From Gammaproteobacteria bacterium (GTDB lineage: Bacteria > Pseudomonadota > Gammaproteobacteria > UBA4575): a DNA stretch of 64,000 bases. Shown one piece after another: positions 1 through 9,655 of the stretch (position 1 is its first letter; each line of letters starts with the position of its first letter). The notes below the pieces were generated by a model. It saw only the letters and a program-made list of their open reading frames with translations, searched no databases and was not told the DNA's origin. The stretch covers positions 1-64,000 of the forward strand of contig CBDCTA010000002.1 of assembly GCA_965221955.1 (NCBI GenBank), given 5' to 3'. The translations under genes and the position numbers were made by a program.

Positions 1-1097
1 TCTGCATAATATCCGACCATTCTAATCGCTCGCCCATTTTTATCACGAACTGCTTGTCCTCTTGCGCGGATCCATACATAACTTCCGTTTTCATGTCGAA
101 GTCTTACTTCAATATCATATTTAGTATTGTTCTTTAAGTGTGAAATTAATGCAGAATAAGCAAATTCTTTGTCGTCAGGATGAGTTAGTTTGTTAAAAAA
201 GTTCATACTAAGTTCTACATGCTCTGAACTAACACCTAATATTTCTAATATGCTGGAAGAACCATATATCGTGTCATCTTGAATATTCCAATCTATAATG
301 CCAACCTTTGTACCTTGTAAGGCTAAATTATAACGTTCTGTATTTTCTCGGAGAGAGTTTTTTGAGGCATAAAGTTCGCTAAATACATTATTAAGCGTTA
401 TTGCAACTGAGCCAAACTCATCATTTGATTTTATTTCTATAGGGCAGAAGTCATTAGATGAATCAGTTTTTCTTAAAGAAGAATTAATGATTTCTAAAGG
501 TTTAAATACGTACTTTCTAGTTAGGTAGTAGACAATGCCTATCGCAATAATAAGAGTTAGTACTAAATAAAAAGATGTTTCTAAAATTTGACGCTGAATC
601 AGTGCATGCGCTTTGTTTGTGTTAAATACAACTCCAACTGATGCTTTTGTAAATTGCCCATCGTTAAACTTATTTTCTAACCAAATAGATGAGATAGCAG
701 TAAATTGTTCATTTTCTTTATCAAAGTTAAATGAAAAGTTTTCATTATTATTAGTAAAAACTTCATTAGTTGGCAAACCAATGAGTGCTGTTTTGTTAGA
801 TGCAATAACAACTGGCGGCTCATTAATTCTTACAATAATGAGTTTGATATTACGGTTTGCTGCTAAAGTTTTGACACCTCTAACAAGCTCGGGTGATTCC
901 CCCGAAGTTTGAGCCATGAAATCGACAATATCTATTATTTCAGTTGCATGAATACGTAAATTATCGGTCAAGTTATTTTTGAAAATCATGCTCATCAATG
1001 AACAAATTGCAACTACAGCAATAATAAAGATTAGCATTAGAGAATATATAATTCTTTTTTGCGAGGACACTTTATTTGTCATACTGAAGGTTCTCAT
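1..1097 (-). CDS. Membrane-anchored sensor protein (2 TM, HAMP-like linker, PAS/PAC domain); 3' part lies outside the window
   Basis: Manually translated open frame from ATG 1097 (MRTFSMTNK...). It has two hydrophobic segments, 'KPLEII...NDEFGSVA' (HAMP-like), then 'ERYNLALQGTKVGIIDW...HPDD...RLRHENGSYVWIRARG' (PAS_3/PAC). It runs off the window start, so it is absent from the ORF track. Confidence 0.85.
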   Translation of the reverse strand, partial: MRTFSMTNKVSSQKRIIYSLMLIFIIAVVAICSLMSMIFKNNLTDNLRIHATEIIDIVDFMAQTSGESPELVRGVKTLAANRNIKLIIVRINEPPVVIASNKTALIGLPTNEVFTNNNENFSFNFDKENEQFTAISSIWLENKFNDGQFTKASVGVVFNTNKAHALIQRQILETSFYLVLTLIIAIGIVYYLTRKYVFKPLEIINSSLRKTDSSNDFCPIEIKSNDEFGSVAITLNNVFSELYASKNSLRENTERYNLALQGTKVGIIDWNIQDDTIYGSSSILEILGVSSEHVELSMNFFNKLTHPDDKEFAYSALISHLKNNTKYDIEVRLRHENGSYVWIRARGQAVRDKNGRAIRMVGYYA

Positions 1098-1111
1098 AAC
1101 TACATATAGAC

Positions 1112-2101
1112 TTATTGTGTATTTTTGTTAAATATGAATTGTGAATAGTCAAATTTCTCACGATCTAAGTGCCTGAGTACGATATTGCCAGTTTCTTTTA
1201 AATATTCAGACAACACCCCATTTTCATTCATATATTTATTTTGTTCATCCTCGTTTACCAAATGAATAAGATTCATTGATTGTTTAAATTCATCTATTGA
1301 AATTGGAAGTCTATCGGTTAATATTGCATATGATTCATTAGGGTGTTCTGAAACGTATTCAAGTGTTAAGCCCCATGCATTAGTCAACTTATTTTGTAAT
1401 TCAGGTCTTTCTTTGAGTACGTCGTTATTAACTGCAATAACATCCAAAATATTTTGTGAAATTGATGAACTGCTAAATATTACATTAGTGTTCAGCTGTT
1501 TTTTAATTGCTATAGATGTTGGAGGATATGATGTAATTGCATCAACTTTTCCAAACTTTAAAGCATTAGGTAGTTTATGTAACTCCATGGGTATAAGTAT
1601 CACTTCGGAATTATCAATATCATTCATAGATAGCGCATAATTAACAAGGTAGGTGCTAAAACTACCTGATTCCACGCCAATTTTTTTTCCTTTTAGGTCT
1701 TTAATTGTTTTTATATTTCCTGAAGCAAGTATTTCATCAGAACCTTTAGAATAACTAGTTACAACGATAGGTTGAGCTACGTTTCCAGAATATTTATATG
1801 CTTCTAGAACTTCGACTAATGTCGCGGTCATCCCGTCTATTTTTTTGCGTTCAAATGCTCGTCTTACCTCGGATAATGAACTTAATTCAACTAACTCAAT
1901 ATCTAATCCAACTTGTTCAAAAAATCCTTGTTTTTTTGTTATAAATAAGTATTCAAAACCAGGCCATTGGGTAATACCAATATGTAAAGTATCTGATTTA
2001 GTTTTATAAGGATTTAATGATAGATAAACAAAAAGCAATAATATTGCTGCAATTGAGCAAAACAGAATAATGTTTCTAGTTCCAGAATAATTCTGTGACA
2101 T
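1112..2101 (-). CDS. ABC-type substrate-binding protein, NMT1/THI5/SsuA-like family
   Basis: N-terminal TM anchor, 'IGITQWPGFEYLFI', 'DLKGKKIGVE', 'GKVDAITSYPP'. Confidence 0.85.
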   Translation of the reverse strand: MSQNYSGTRNIILFCSIAAILLLFVYLSLNPYKTKSDTLHIGITQWPGFEYLFITKKQGFFEQVGLDIELVELSSLSEVRRAFERKKIDGMTATLVEVLEAYKYSGNVAQPIVVTSYSKGSDEILASGNIKTIKDLKGKKIGVESGSFSTYLVNYALSMNDIDNSEVILIPMELHKLPNALKFGKVDAITSYPPTSIAIKKQLNTNVIFSSSSISQNILDVIAVNNDVLKERPELQNKLTNAWGLTLEYVSEHPNESYAILTDRLPISIDEFKQSMNLIHLVNEDEQNKYMNENGVLSEYLKETGNIVLRHLDREKFDYSQFIFNKNTQ

Positions 2102-2227
2102 GTATTTTAGTTTTAAGGTAAAAGGAAATAATATTTCAACGCCAATTAACTGGCATTTGAATTACTATGTATAAGATATCAGAAATACAGGATTATCTTT
2201 CAATTGAGTAAATATAATTTACCAATA

Positions 2228-2241
2228 GTCAAAATATTGAC
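2228..2241. promoter_or_regulatory. FleQ-box-like palindrome
   Basis: GTCAAAATATTGAC, the same GTCA-N6-TGAC form as the site upstream of fleS. Confidence 0.45.
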
Positions 2242-2308
2242 ACAATGATATTGTCATCTTTGTATCAATTACAATTACATATGTTTATGTAATTGAAAAA
2301 AGAAAAAT

Positions 2309-2668
2309 TTAAATAGGCTGATTAATCTGCGATTTGAATGTTTTTAAAGAAGATGGATTTGAGATTATAAAATCAGCACCTGTAGCTTTCGCAATTGTAC
2401 GAATATTTGCAGAGGATTGAGTTAGAAAAAAACCAAATTTCACAGGATTGTGTGTTTCACGTAACGTTTTAAGAAGTTGTAAGCCACCCATCTCAGGCAT
2501 GTTCCAGTCTGTGATTACCAGATCGGGTTTTTGAGTTTCGATGATGTCTAGCGCTTCTTGGCTACATGATGCCTCAAGAATTTTGTCGTGAATAAACTCT
2601 GTATGCCCAAGATTCCATTTAATGATCTTACGCATCGCTTGGCTATCATCTACAACTAAAATTTTCAT
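2309..2668 (-). CDS. Single-domain response regulator (CheY-like receiver), atypical
   Basis: 'MKILVVDDS', phospho-acceptor 'DWNMPEMGG'; the conserved Lys-Pro is replaced by 'ISNP'. Confidence 0.85.
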   Translation of the reverse strand: MKILVVDDSQAMRKIIKWNLGHTEFIHDKILEASCSQEALDIIETQKPDLVITDWNMPEMGGLQLLKTLRETHNPVKFGFFLTQSSANIRTIAKATGADFIISNPSSLKTFKSQINQPI

Positions 2669-2724
2669 AAATTGTGGCTATTGTTCAAACTGGAGGCCCG
2701 CTTTGAGTACTCATTCATAAGCCT

Positions 2725-2751
2725 ATATCGGCATATTTGCTTGATTTTTAA
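2725..2751 (-). promoter_or_regulatory. sigma28-type promoter for the receiver gene
   Basis: Minus strand (T)TAAA-N14/15-GCCGATAT. Confidence 0.55.
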
Positions 2752-2829
2752 GCATTTTTTATAAAAATAATAATTCCTTTGAATTCTTAGTTCACTCGTC
2801 AGTTACAACTCCATTTGTTAGTAAATCTC

Positions 2830-2856
2830 TAAATATTTGTGTGTTTTGGCCGTTAT
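2830..2856 (+). promoter_or_regulatory. sigma28-type promoter for the stator operon
   Basis: TAAA-N15-GCCGTTAT. Confidence 0.7.
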
Positions 2857-2963
2857 AGAGTATGTCGAATGAGTCTATCTTCGTTGCATAAAAAATTTAT
2901 ATAAATCAGTAAGTTACTGAAATGCATTTATTGAATAAAGGTTAAACAAGGAGTGTTTACAAT

Positions 2964-3737
2964 ATGGATATAGCGACTCTGGTTGGTTTGGTAGGAGCCA
3001 TGGCAGTCATTGCTTTAGCCATTGTATTAGGAGGATCTGCAGGTACTTTCTTCAATGTGCCTTCACTTGCAGTTGTGATTGGAGGCACCTTTGCTGCAAC
3101 GTTAACGAGAATTTCACTTGGTGATTTTTTGGGTTCTTTTAAGTTGGTTATATCCACCTTTTTGCACAAAGCGGTGAGCCTTACCAAACTTATAGAAGAG
3201 GCTGTTGAGTTGGCAGATGTAGCAAGAAAAGAAGGTGTCCTGGCACTTGAAGGAAAAGAAATTGGTCACCCTTTTTTAGAACAAGGCATAAATCTCTGTA
3301 TTGATGGCCACCCAACAGAAGTGGTGCAAAAAATGTTAAACAAAGATATTAATCTTTCCATTGAACGGCATGAAACTGGTAGAGAAATGTTTAAATCAAT
3401 TGGTGATGCAGCGCCTGCAATGGGCATGATAGGCACCTTGATTGGATTAGTGCAAATGTTATCGAATATGGATGACCCTAAAGCCATTGGTCCTGCGATG
3501 GCGGTAGCATTGTTAACTACACTATATGGAGCGGTTATTGCAAATGCTATAGCGCTACCAATAGCGGATAAACTTAAAAAGATTGCACTTGACGAAAGAC
3601 TCAGTAAAGACTTAATCCTCGAATCTGTTTCAGCTATTCAAGCTGGGACCAATCCAAGAGTGGTTGAGCAAATTCTGGCTACCTACTTGCCAGATAACTT
3701 ACGTGACAAAGTAGGCGAACAAAAAGAAGCTGCTTAG
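2964..3737 (+). CDS. pomA: Flagellar stator A subunit, PomA (Na+-type)-like
   Basis: 'MDIATLVGLVGA', 'APAMGMIGTLIGLVQML', 'GPAMAVALLTTLYG'. Confidence 0.93.
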   Translation: MDIATLVGLVGAMAVIALAIVLGGSAGTFFNVPSLAVVIGGTFAATLTRISLGDFLGSFKLVISTFLHKAVSLTKLIEEAVELADVARKEGVLALEGKEIGHPFLEQGINLCIDGHPTEVVQKMLNKDINLSIERHETGREMFKSIGDAAPAMGMIGTLIGLVQMLSNMDDPKAIGPAMAVALLTTLYGAVIANAIALPIADKLKKIALDERLSKDLILESVSAIQAGTNPRVVEQILATYLPDNLRDKVGEQKEAA

Positions 3738-3749
3738 CTAAGTTCAACA

Positions 3750-4634
3750 ATGTCTGATACTCCTCCAGCTAAAGCGCAAGAAGCCTCTGGTGCTCCGGCG
3801 TGGATGGCAACTTTTGCCGATCTGATGTCACTGTTAATGTGTTTTTTTGTTTTGTTGTTATCTTTTTCTGAAATGGATGCTGCTAAATTCAAAGAGCTTG
3901 CTGGATCTCTATCAAAAGCATTCGGTGTTCAGCGAGATGTTCCTGCAAATGAATTACCTAAAGGTACAAGTGTTGTTACTTCTGAATTTAGTCCTGGTAA
4001 GCCGGATAATGAAACGTTGTTAAAAATCATGCGACAACAAACAACAGATGAAAGTAAAGATAATCTAGACTTCTCAAGTAGTACAGGCGTAATTGACAAA
4101 AAGAAAGTTGCTGATGAAATTTATCAGGCTGCACTCAAACGCATGGAAGAAGAAGCAAATAAAATCAAACAAATACTGCGCGATGAAATTGATTCTGGAA
4201 TAGTAGAAGTAGAATGGACAGACAGAGAAATAGTTATTCGAATTAGAGAGCGAGGTACGTTCTCCTCGGGTGATGACAAAATAGATGAAAATTTTTCTAT
4301 TCTACTTAAGAAAATTGCTATCGCATTAAACTCGGTTGAAGGAAATATAATTGTATCTGGGCATACTGATAACCGACCTATAAATACTTCAAGGTTCCCA
4401 TCAAACTGGGTGTTATCTGCTGCCCGCGCTGCTGCTGTTGTGCATCATTTAGAAGCTAAAGAAGATGTAGATCCTAATCGACTACAAATACGTGCACACG
4501 GCGACACAAAACCAATTTTTACAAACTACACAGAAGAAAGCCGTTCCAAAAATAGAAGAGTAGAAATCTCTATTTTAGGAAATAAAAGCTTATTGTATGA
4601 ATATCAAGACGTTACTGCAGCGATCAAAAATTAA
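3750..4634 (+). CDS. motB: Flagellar stator B subunit, PomB/MotB
   Basis: 'WMATFADLMSLLMCFFVLLLSF' TM with essential Asp; OmpA-like 'GHTDN...NWVLSAARA...NRRVEI'. Confidence 0.93.
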   Translation: MSDTPPAKAQEASGAPAWMATFADLMSLLMCFFVLLLSFSEMDAAKFKELAGSLSKAFGVQRDVPANELPKGTSVVTSEFSPGKPDNETLLKIMRQQTTDESKDNLDFSSSTGVIDKKKVADEIYQAALKRMEEEANKIKQILRDEIDSGIVEVEWTDREIVIRIRERGTFSSGDDKIDENFSILLKKIAIALNSVEGNIIVSGHTDNRPINTSRFPSNWVLSAARAAAVVHHLEAKEDVDPNRLQIRAHGDTKPIFTNYTEESRSKNRRVEISILGNKSLLYEYQDVTAAIKN

Positions 4635-4643
4635 AATTTAAAT

Positions 4644-5249
4644 ATGAAAAAATCAAATACATTGACAGAAACCTCAAACGGTTTAATAGAAGAAAATCGC
4701 AGTGCATTTAGAATTGATGACAATATTCTATTATCCCTTCGAATTATTCCAGATGAACAAATAGAAGACATATTAAAAAAATATCCAGAGAATAATGCTG
4801 AACTTCAATTGTTAAATAGTTTTAGTGATTCTTCTAAAGCACTAACAGATCAGTTTGTGTTACTGCGAAGACGTAATCCTGAGGTGGCAAAGTATTTAAA
4901 AATTCTTGATGACAAAATTAATACTTTAGCAAGGCAGCAATTTACAAACTGCTCAATGATTCCAGATCTACACTGGCATGAAGTCAATATAAGTGCCAGT
5001 GGTATGCGATTTGATTATGATAAACCACTTAAAATAGGTTCATATTTAGAATTCAGACTACAGCTTTCGCAGATGTCAAACTTCATTTTAGCATATGGCA
5101 GGATTGTGCGATGTGACGATTGCGAAAGAGATAATCAGTTTAACGTGGGAGCAGAATTTACTCACATTAACCACGAAGATCGAGAAGCCATACACGCACA
5201 CGTGCGAGGCAAAGAAATCAGGCTGATTCGTGAGAAAAATCTTGCTTAA
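4644..5249 (+). CDS. PilZ domain c-di-GMP receptor
   Basis: RxxxR motif 'RSAFR' and 'NISASG' (D/NxSxxG). Confidence 0.85.
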   Translation: MKKSNTLTETSNGLIEENRSAFRIDDNILLSLRIIPDEQIEDILKKYPENNAELQLLNSFSDSSKALTDQFVLLRRRNPEVAKYLKILDDKINTLARQQFTNCSMIPDLHWHEVNISASGMRFDYDKPLKIGSYLEFRLQLSQMSNFILAYGRIVRCDDCERDNQFNVGAEFTHINHEDREAIHAHVRGKEIRLIREKNLA

Positions 5250-5304
5250 ACGGTAGATCCCAGCAGATGCCTATACTTTTCAATCACTTATCATGTCATT
5301 TCCC

Positions 5305-5331
5305 TAAAGGCCGAAGCAATTTGGCCGATAA
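5305..5331 (+). promoter_or_regulatory. sigma28 promoter (perfect consensus)
   Basis: TAAA-N15-GCCGATAA. Confidence 0.75.
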
Positions 5332-5370
5332 TATAGCTATATACACTATTTAATTTTAATTCGTAACCAC

Positions 5371-7008
5371 ATGGGCGATTTTCTACACATTGGTAAAACT
5401 ATAATTTCATATGGTCTTGAGATCTCTCAAGACATGTTTTCAATTCTATTTTTAATTTTGTTGATCTGTATTCCTATCTTATATATTGCAGACATCACGC
5501 AATCAAAACATGCAGTTCGAAGAAACTTTCCTGTAATTGGACGCTTCCGTTATTTTTTTGAACATATTGGTGAATTTTTTAGACAGTATTTCTTTTCTAT
5601 GGATCGAGAGGAGCTGCCATTTAATCGTGCCCAACGTTCGTGGGTGTATCGTGCAGCGAAAGATATTAGTAATACGATCGCCTTTGGTTCAACCAGAGAT
5701 CTAAAAGAAGTAGGCACAGTTCTATTTGCAAATTGCCCGTACCCAACTTTAGGTGAAGATGCAGCTCCTGTTTCTGAACAAACTATTGGTATGGATTGTA
5801 GAATTCCTTTTAAAACAAAATCTATTTTCAATGTTTCGGGGATGAGTTATGGAGCTATTTCAAAACCTGCCATTTTAGCGCTTGCTGAGGGGGCTAAAAG
5901 ATCGGGATGTTGGTTAAATACTGGGGAAGGTGGATTATCAAAATATCATTTGCGTAGTGGTTGCGATATTGTTTTTCAAATTGGGACAGCAAAGTTTGGA
6001 GTAAGAGATCCTATAAATGGAAAATTAAGTGAATCTAAACTTATAGAAGTAGCTCAACATGATCAAGTGAGAATGCTTGAAATAAAACTAAGCCAAGGGG
6101 GAAAGCCTGGTAAAGGTGGAATACTTCCTGGTGAAAAAGTGACCAAAGAAGTTGCAGAAATACGCGGTGTGCGAATTGGCGAAGATGCAATTAGCCCAAA
6201 CCGTCATCCAGACATAAGTTGTGATGCAGACCTTCTAGATATGATTGTGTATATACGTGAGTTAACGGGTAAGCCAGTTGGAATTAAGAGTGTGGTTGGT
6301 TCAGAAGATTGGCTAGATAATTTATTCAAGTTAATTTGCTCTCGTGGCGAGTCTTATGCGCCAGATTTTATTACTGTTGATAGTGCAGACGGCGGTACAG
6401 GTGCAGCACCTATGCCACTATTAGATGACATGGGGCTACCGTTAAATGAAAGTCTACCTATGTTGGTTAATAAACTAAAAGAATATGGTCTCTATGGTCG
6501 AATTAAAGTCATTGCTTCAGGAAAATTGGTTACACCTGCAGATGTTGCTTGGGCATTGTGTTTAGGTGCTCATTTTATAGCTTCTGCTCGTGGATTTATG
6601 TTTGCATTAGGATGCATACAAGCGTTGCAATGCAATAAAGGTACCTGTCCAACAGGTATTACAACGCATGATAAAAGGCTGCAACGTGGTTTAAATCCGC
6701 ATTTAAAATCTATACGTGTGGCAAATTATGTGAAAAATATTGTTCATGAGGTTGGCATGATTGCGCATTCATGTGGTGTTAAACATCCACGAGAACTAGC
6801 TAGACGACATGCGCGTGTTGTGCAGGCGAATGGCTTATCTGTACCTTTGAATATTTTATACCCTTCTACGAGCAAGCCAATCATAGAGCGCAGAAACTTA
6901 TCAACACGCCCTTGGTCTGGTAAGCAACAAACTTCTGAAGAATTGGAAAATACAGTTATTAAAGTTCCGGTTGAGCATCTGAGTGAGAAAATAAAATCTA
7001 ATTCATAA
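5371..7008 (+). CDS. FMN-binding glutamate synthase family protein (YerD-like, stand-alone FMN/3Fe-4S domain)
   Basis: 'SGMSYGAIS', 'NTGEGG', 'EIKLSQGGKPGKGGILP', 'CIQALQCNKGTCPTG'; N-terminal TM. Confidence 0.92.
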   Translation: MGDFLHIGKTIISYGLEISQDMFSILFLILLICIPILYIADITQSKHAVRRNFPVIGRFRYFFEHIGEFFRQYFFSMDREELPFNRAQRSWVYRAAKDISNTIAFGSTRDLKEVGTVLFANCPYPTLGEDAAPVSEQTIGMDCRIPFKTKSIFNVSGMSYGAISKPAILALAEGAKRSGCWLNTGEGGLSKYHLRSGCDIVFQIGTAKFGVRDPINGKLSESKLIEVAQHDQVRMLEIKLSQGGKPGKGGILPGEKVTKEVAEIRGVRIGEDAISPNRHPDISCDADLLDMIVYIRELTGKPVGIKSVVGSEDWLDNLFKLICSRGESYAPDFITVDSADGGTGAAPMPLLDDMGLPLNESLPMLVNKLKEYGLYGRIKVIASGKLVTPADVAWALCLGAHFIASARGFMFALGCIQALQCNKGTCPTGITTHDKRLQRGLNPHLKSIRVANYVKNIVHEVGMIAHSCGVKHPRELARRHARVVQANGLSVPLNILYPSTSKPIIERRNLSTRPWSGKQQTSEELENTVIKVPVEHLSEKIKSNS

Positions 7009-7010
7009 GT

Positions 7011-8429
7011 ATGGAATCTCAAGAAACAGAAAATAAAGATATAGAGAATAAATCTTCTGGTTTGTTCTCGTTACCAGCAGAATTTTTAAAGAAACTATAC
7101 TCGAATTCTGAACAAGCAGATGAAAAAAAACAGCATCAGCTTATGGAAGGTGATGAAAATAAAGTCGAGATTGAAGAAGAATTAAGTGAAGTTTCAAAAT
7201 CACTGCTTAGTCTAATCAATAATGCACAAAAACTATTTCAAAATAGTGAAGCATTTGAACCGGTTAGAAAACTTGTCTATGAAATTAATTATCCTGACGA
7301 GTCTAATGATGTTCTAATCATGCTTGCTGGTGTATTGAAAAATATAAGTAATAAATACGTAATTGAAAAGCAAGATACTGTATTTAGTCTACCACTTGAA
7401 ATACTTGAAAAATTTAAATTTTCAAAGCAATACCAAGACAAAAGTGCTGAGCTGAAGAAGCAGTGTAAGAATATAAAATCTATTTCCGATTTAAATTTTT
7501 CTTTACAAGCTGTATATGAGCTATTTTATTGTGTTTATCAAGACGCTTATGCAGATAAACAGGAGTTGGAAAATTTTTTGTTCAACATAGGCGCTCAAAT
7601 TAGTCGGATTGGAGATAAGTTATATACCGTAGCAGAAGAACAAGCATCTGATTTCAAGGTCCAAGGCGACTTAAACTCAAAAATGAATGATGCTGTAACA
7701 CTGATAAGTAATAATATAATCTCGAATAATGATCTGTCTTCATTAAAGAATACTGTAAAAGAACAATTGGATGCATTACAGGATATTGTTGAAGAAGAGA
7801 GAAAAATCGTCAAAGCTCAGGAACAACGCGTAAAGAATAATGTAAAAACATTAGCTAACCAGGTAAATGAATTAAAATTAGAAACCCAAGAGCTGAGAAA
7901 CAAAGTCGAACGTGAAAAGGAACAGGCACTTCGGGATCCACTTACGAAGTTATATAACCGGCAGGCTTATAACGAAAAGATTGAAGAATTGTTCTTAGAA
8001 AATGAAGGCTTGAATAATGATGTATGTCTGTTGATATGGGATATTGATCATTTTAAGAGATTTAATGACCGCTATGGCCATGTAATTGGAGATAAAGTAC
8101 TTAAGGCAGTAGCAGAAAAATTGAGCAAATCACTCAAAGATGAATACTTTTTAGCAAGATACGGTGGTGAGGAATTTGTAATGTTATTGCCAGGGTTATC
8201 TATTGAGAATGCAAAAGGATTCGCAGATTGTGTGCGGAATGAAGTATCTGGTATTACTTTTATGGTTAAAGGCAAACAGGTAAAAATCACAATCTCTTGT
8301 GGTATTGCCGATTTTCAAAATAAAGATAATGCAAAAACAATATTTGAACGTGCAGATAAAGCGCTTTATAGTGCTAAAGAAGAAGGTCGTAACCGCGTGA
8401 AAGCTATTAGGCCAACTGATTCAGCGTAA
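7011..8429 (+). CDS. Diguanylate cyclase (GGEEF) with coiled-coil N-terminus
   Basis: 'DPLTKLYNR', 'DIDHFKRFNDRYGHVIGD', 'RYGGEEF'. Confidence 0.92.
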   Translation: MESQETENKDIENKSSGLFSLPAEFLKKLYSNSEQADEKKQHQLMEGDENKVEIEEELSEVSKSLLSLINNAQKLFQNSEAFEPVRKLVYEINYPDESNDVLIMLAGVLKNISNKYVIEKQDTVFSLPLEILEKFKFSKQYQDKSAELKKQCKNIKSISDLNFSLQAVYELFYCVYQDAYADKQELENFLFNIGAQISRIGDKLYTVAEEQASDFKVQGDLNSKMNDAVTLISNNIISNNDLSSLKNTVKEQLDALQDIVEEERKIVKAQEQRVKNNVKTLANQVNELKLETQELRNKVEREKEQALRDPLTKLYNRQAYNEKIEELFLENEGLNNDVCLLIWDIDHFKRFNDRYGHVIGDKVLKAVAEKLSKSLKDEYFLARYGGEEFVMLLPGLSIENAKGFADCVRNEVSGITFMVKGKQVKITISCGIADFQNKDNAKTIFERADKALYSAKEEGRNRVKAIRPTDSA

Positions 8430-9347
8430 AAACTTTCCGTCAGCAACTTTTATTTGGTTACGTCCAGAATTTTTTGCAAATTTTAATGCGCTATGTGCTC
8501 TTTTATATAAAGAATCTACAGAATCATCTTGCTTTAAATTAGTAATTCCAATGCTAATAGTCAACCTTATTTTTTTATTGTCATGACCAAATAATTCATG
8601 ATTAGAAACAGAGTCTTTTATCCGTTTAGCTATAATTTCAGCATCACTAGCTTGTATATCTCTGAAGATCAATGAAAATTGGTCATAACCAAAACGATAA
8701 AGAATATCGGTATCTCTTAACGTTTTTTGCAATGTTTCATATACATGACGAATAATAATATCGCTGAATAATGATCCATTTTTTTCTTTTAATGTTGTAA
8801 AGCGATCAATATCAATTAACAACAAGCTAAGAGGTTGTTTCTGTCTAATGGCTAATTTTGCTTCTCGTGTAATTTGGCTTTCTAGTAGACTCCAGTTGGG
8901 TAGTCCCAAGTTAGACTCATTTGCCGCTAGGGTAATTGCGCTTTCATGTTGAATTGCATTACGTAAAGGAAAAATAATTGCTGAAACGTATTCATCTAAT
9001 CTGAGTTTTTTATCTTTATTTAAATCAATTTCAAAATATAAAATGATATTACCCCATGTGTCATTATCTACTTCAATGAGGTAGTTGTAATAATTATTTG
9101 TTTTTTCGCCTTGTTGAATATGCGTATAAAGAAGAGGATATTCATATTCTGCACCACAGGCATCCATATCAATTTTTAAAGACATAAAAAATGTCTCAAT
9201 AACATGACTTACACTTAATGTGGTCTGTAGCTTTAATATTAGCGCTGTTATAGTCCGATCTATCGGTTTATTTGCAGAAATTGCAGTTGCAATTTCAAGC
9301 GCATGGTTAGAGCTAGCGATGAATTTCTCAACACTAGAACTACTCAT
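8421..9347 (-). CDS. Degenerate GGDEF domain protein
   Basis: 'LLIDIDRF', active site reads 'RFGYDQF', 'SGRNQI'; ATG 9347 has an RBS GGAGAGGGAG. Confidence 0.85.
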   Translation of the reverse strand: MSSSSVEKFIASSNHALEIATAISANKPIDRTITALILKLQTTLSVSHVIETFFMSLKIDMDACGAEYEYPLLYTHIQQGEKTNNYYNYLIEVDNDTWGNIILYFEIDLNKDKKLRLDEYVSAIIFPLRNAIQHESAITLAANESNLGLPNWSLLESQITREAKLAIRQKQPLSLLLIDIDRFTTLKEKNGSLFSDIIIRHVYETLQKTLRDTDILYRFGYDQFSLIFRDIQASDAEIIAKRIKDSVSNHELFGHDNKKIRLTISIGITNLKQDDSVDSLYKRAHSALKFAKNSGRNQIKVADGKFLR

Positions 9348-9655
9348 AAACTCCCTCTCCTTAGAATTTAATACATTCCATGTACAACAGTTTGAGCCCA
9401 TTCAAGACTAGACTGTATTTTCTAATTATGAGGAAGTTATATTGCACCAGGTGTTAACTCAGTAGATATTTTTAGTTTAAGTGGCTCTATGTAACAAGAT
9501 TTAACAAAATCATTACAATCATGACACAATTGTTTTCAATTCAAATGCCCATACCACATTTCGTACAATAATTAATTGTGTGGTTTAGTTTCGTACACAG
9601 TGAAAGTAGCGCCTGAATAAGATGCTATAGAGCTTGATAAAGCAGTTTATAAAGT

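Noticed and set aside
613-912. 99-aa plus-strand ORF
   Set aside because: Antisense shadow of the minus-strand sensor gene
2151-2166. sigma54-like TGGCATTTGAATTACT (and a similar minus-strand site near 9535-9551)
   Set aside because: The -12 GC is not matched, and the first site points away from any gene start
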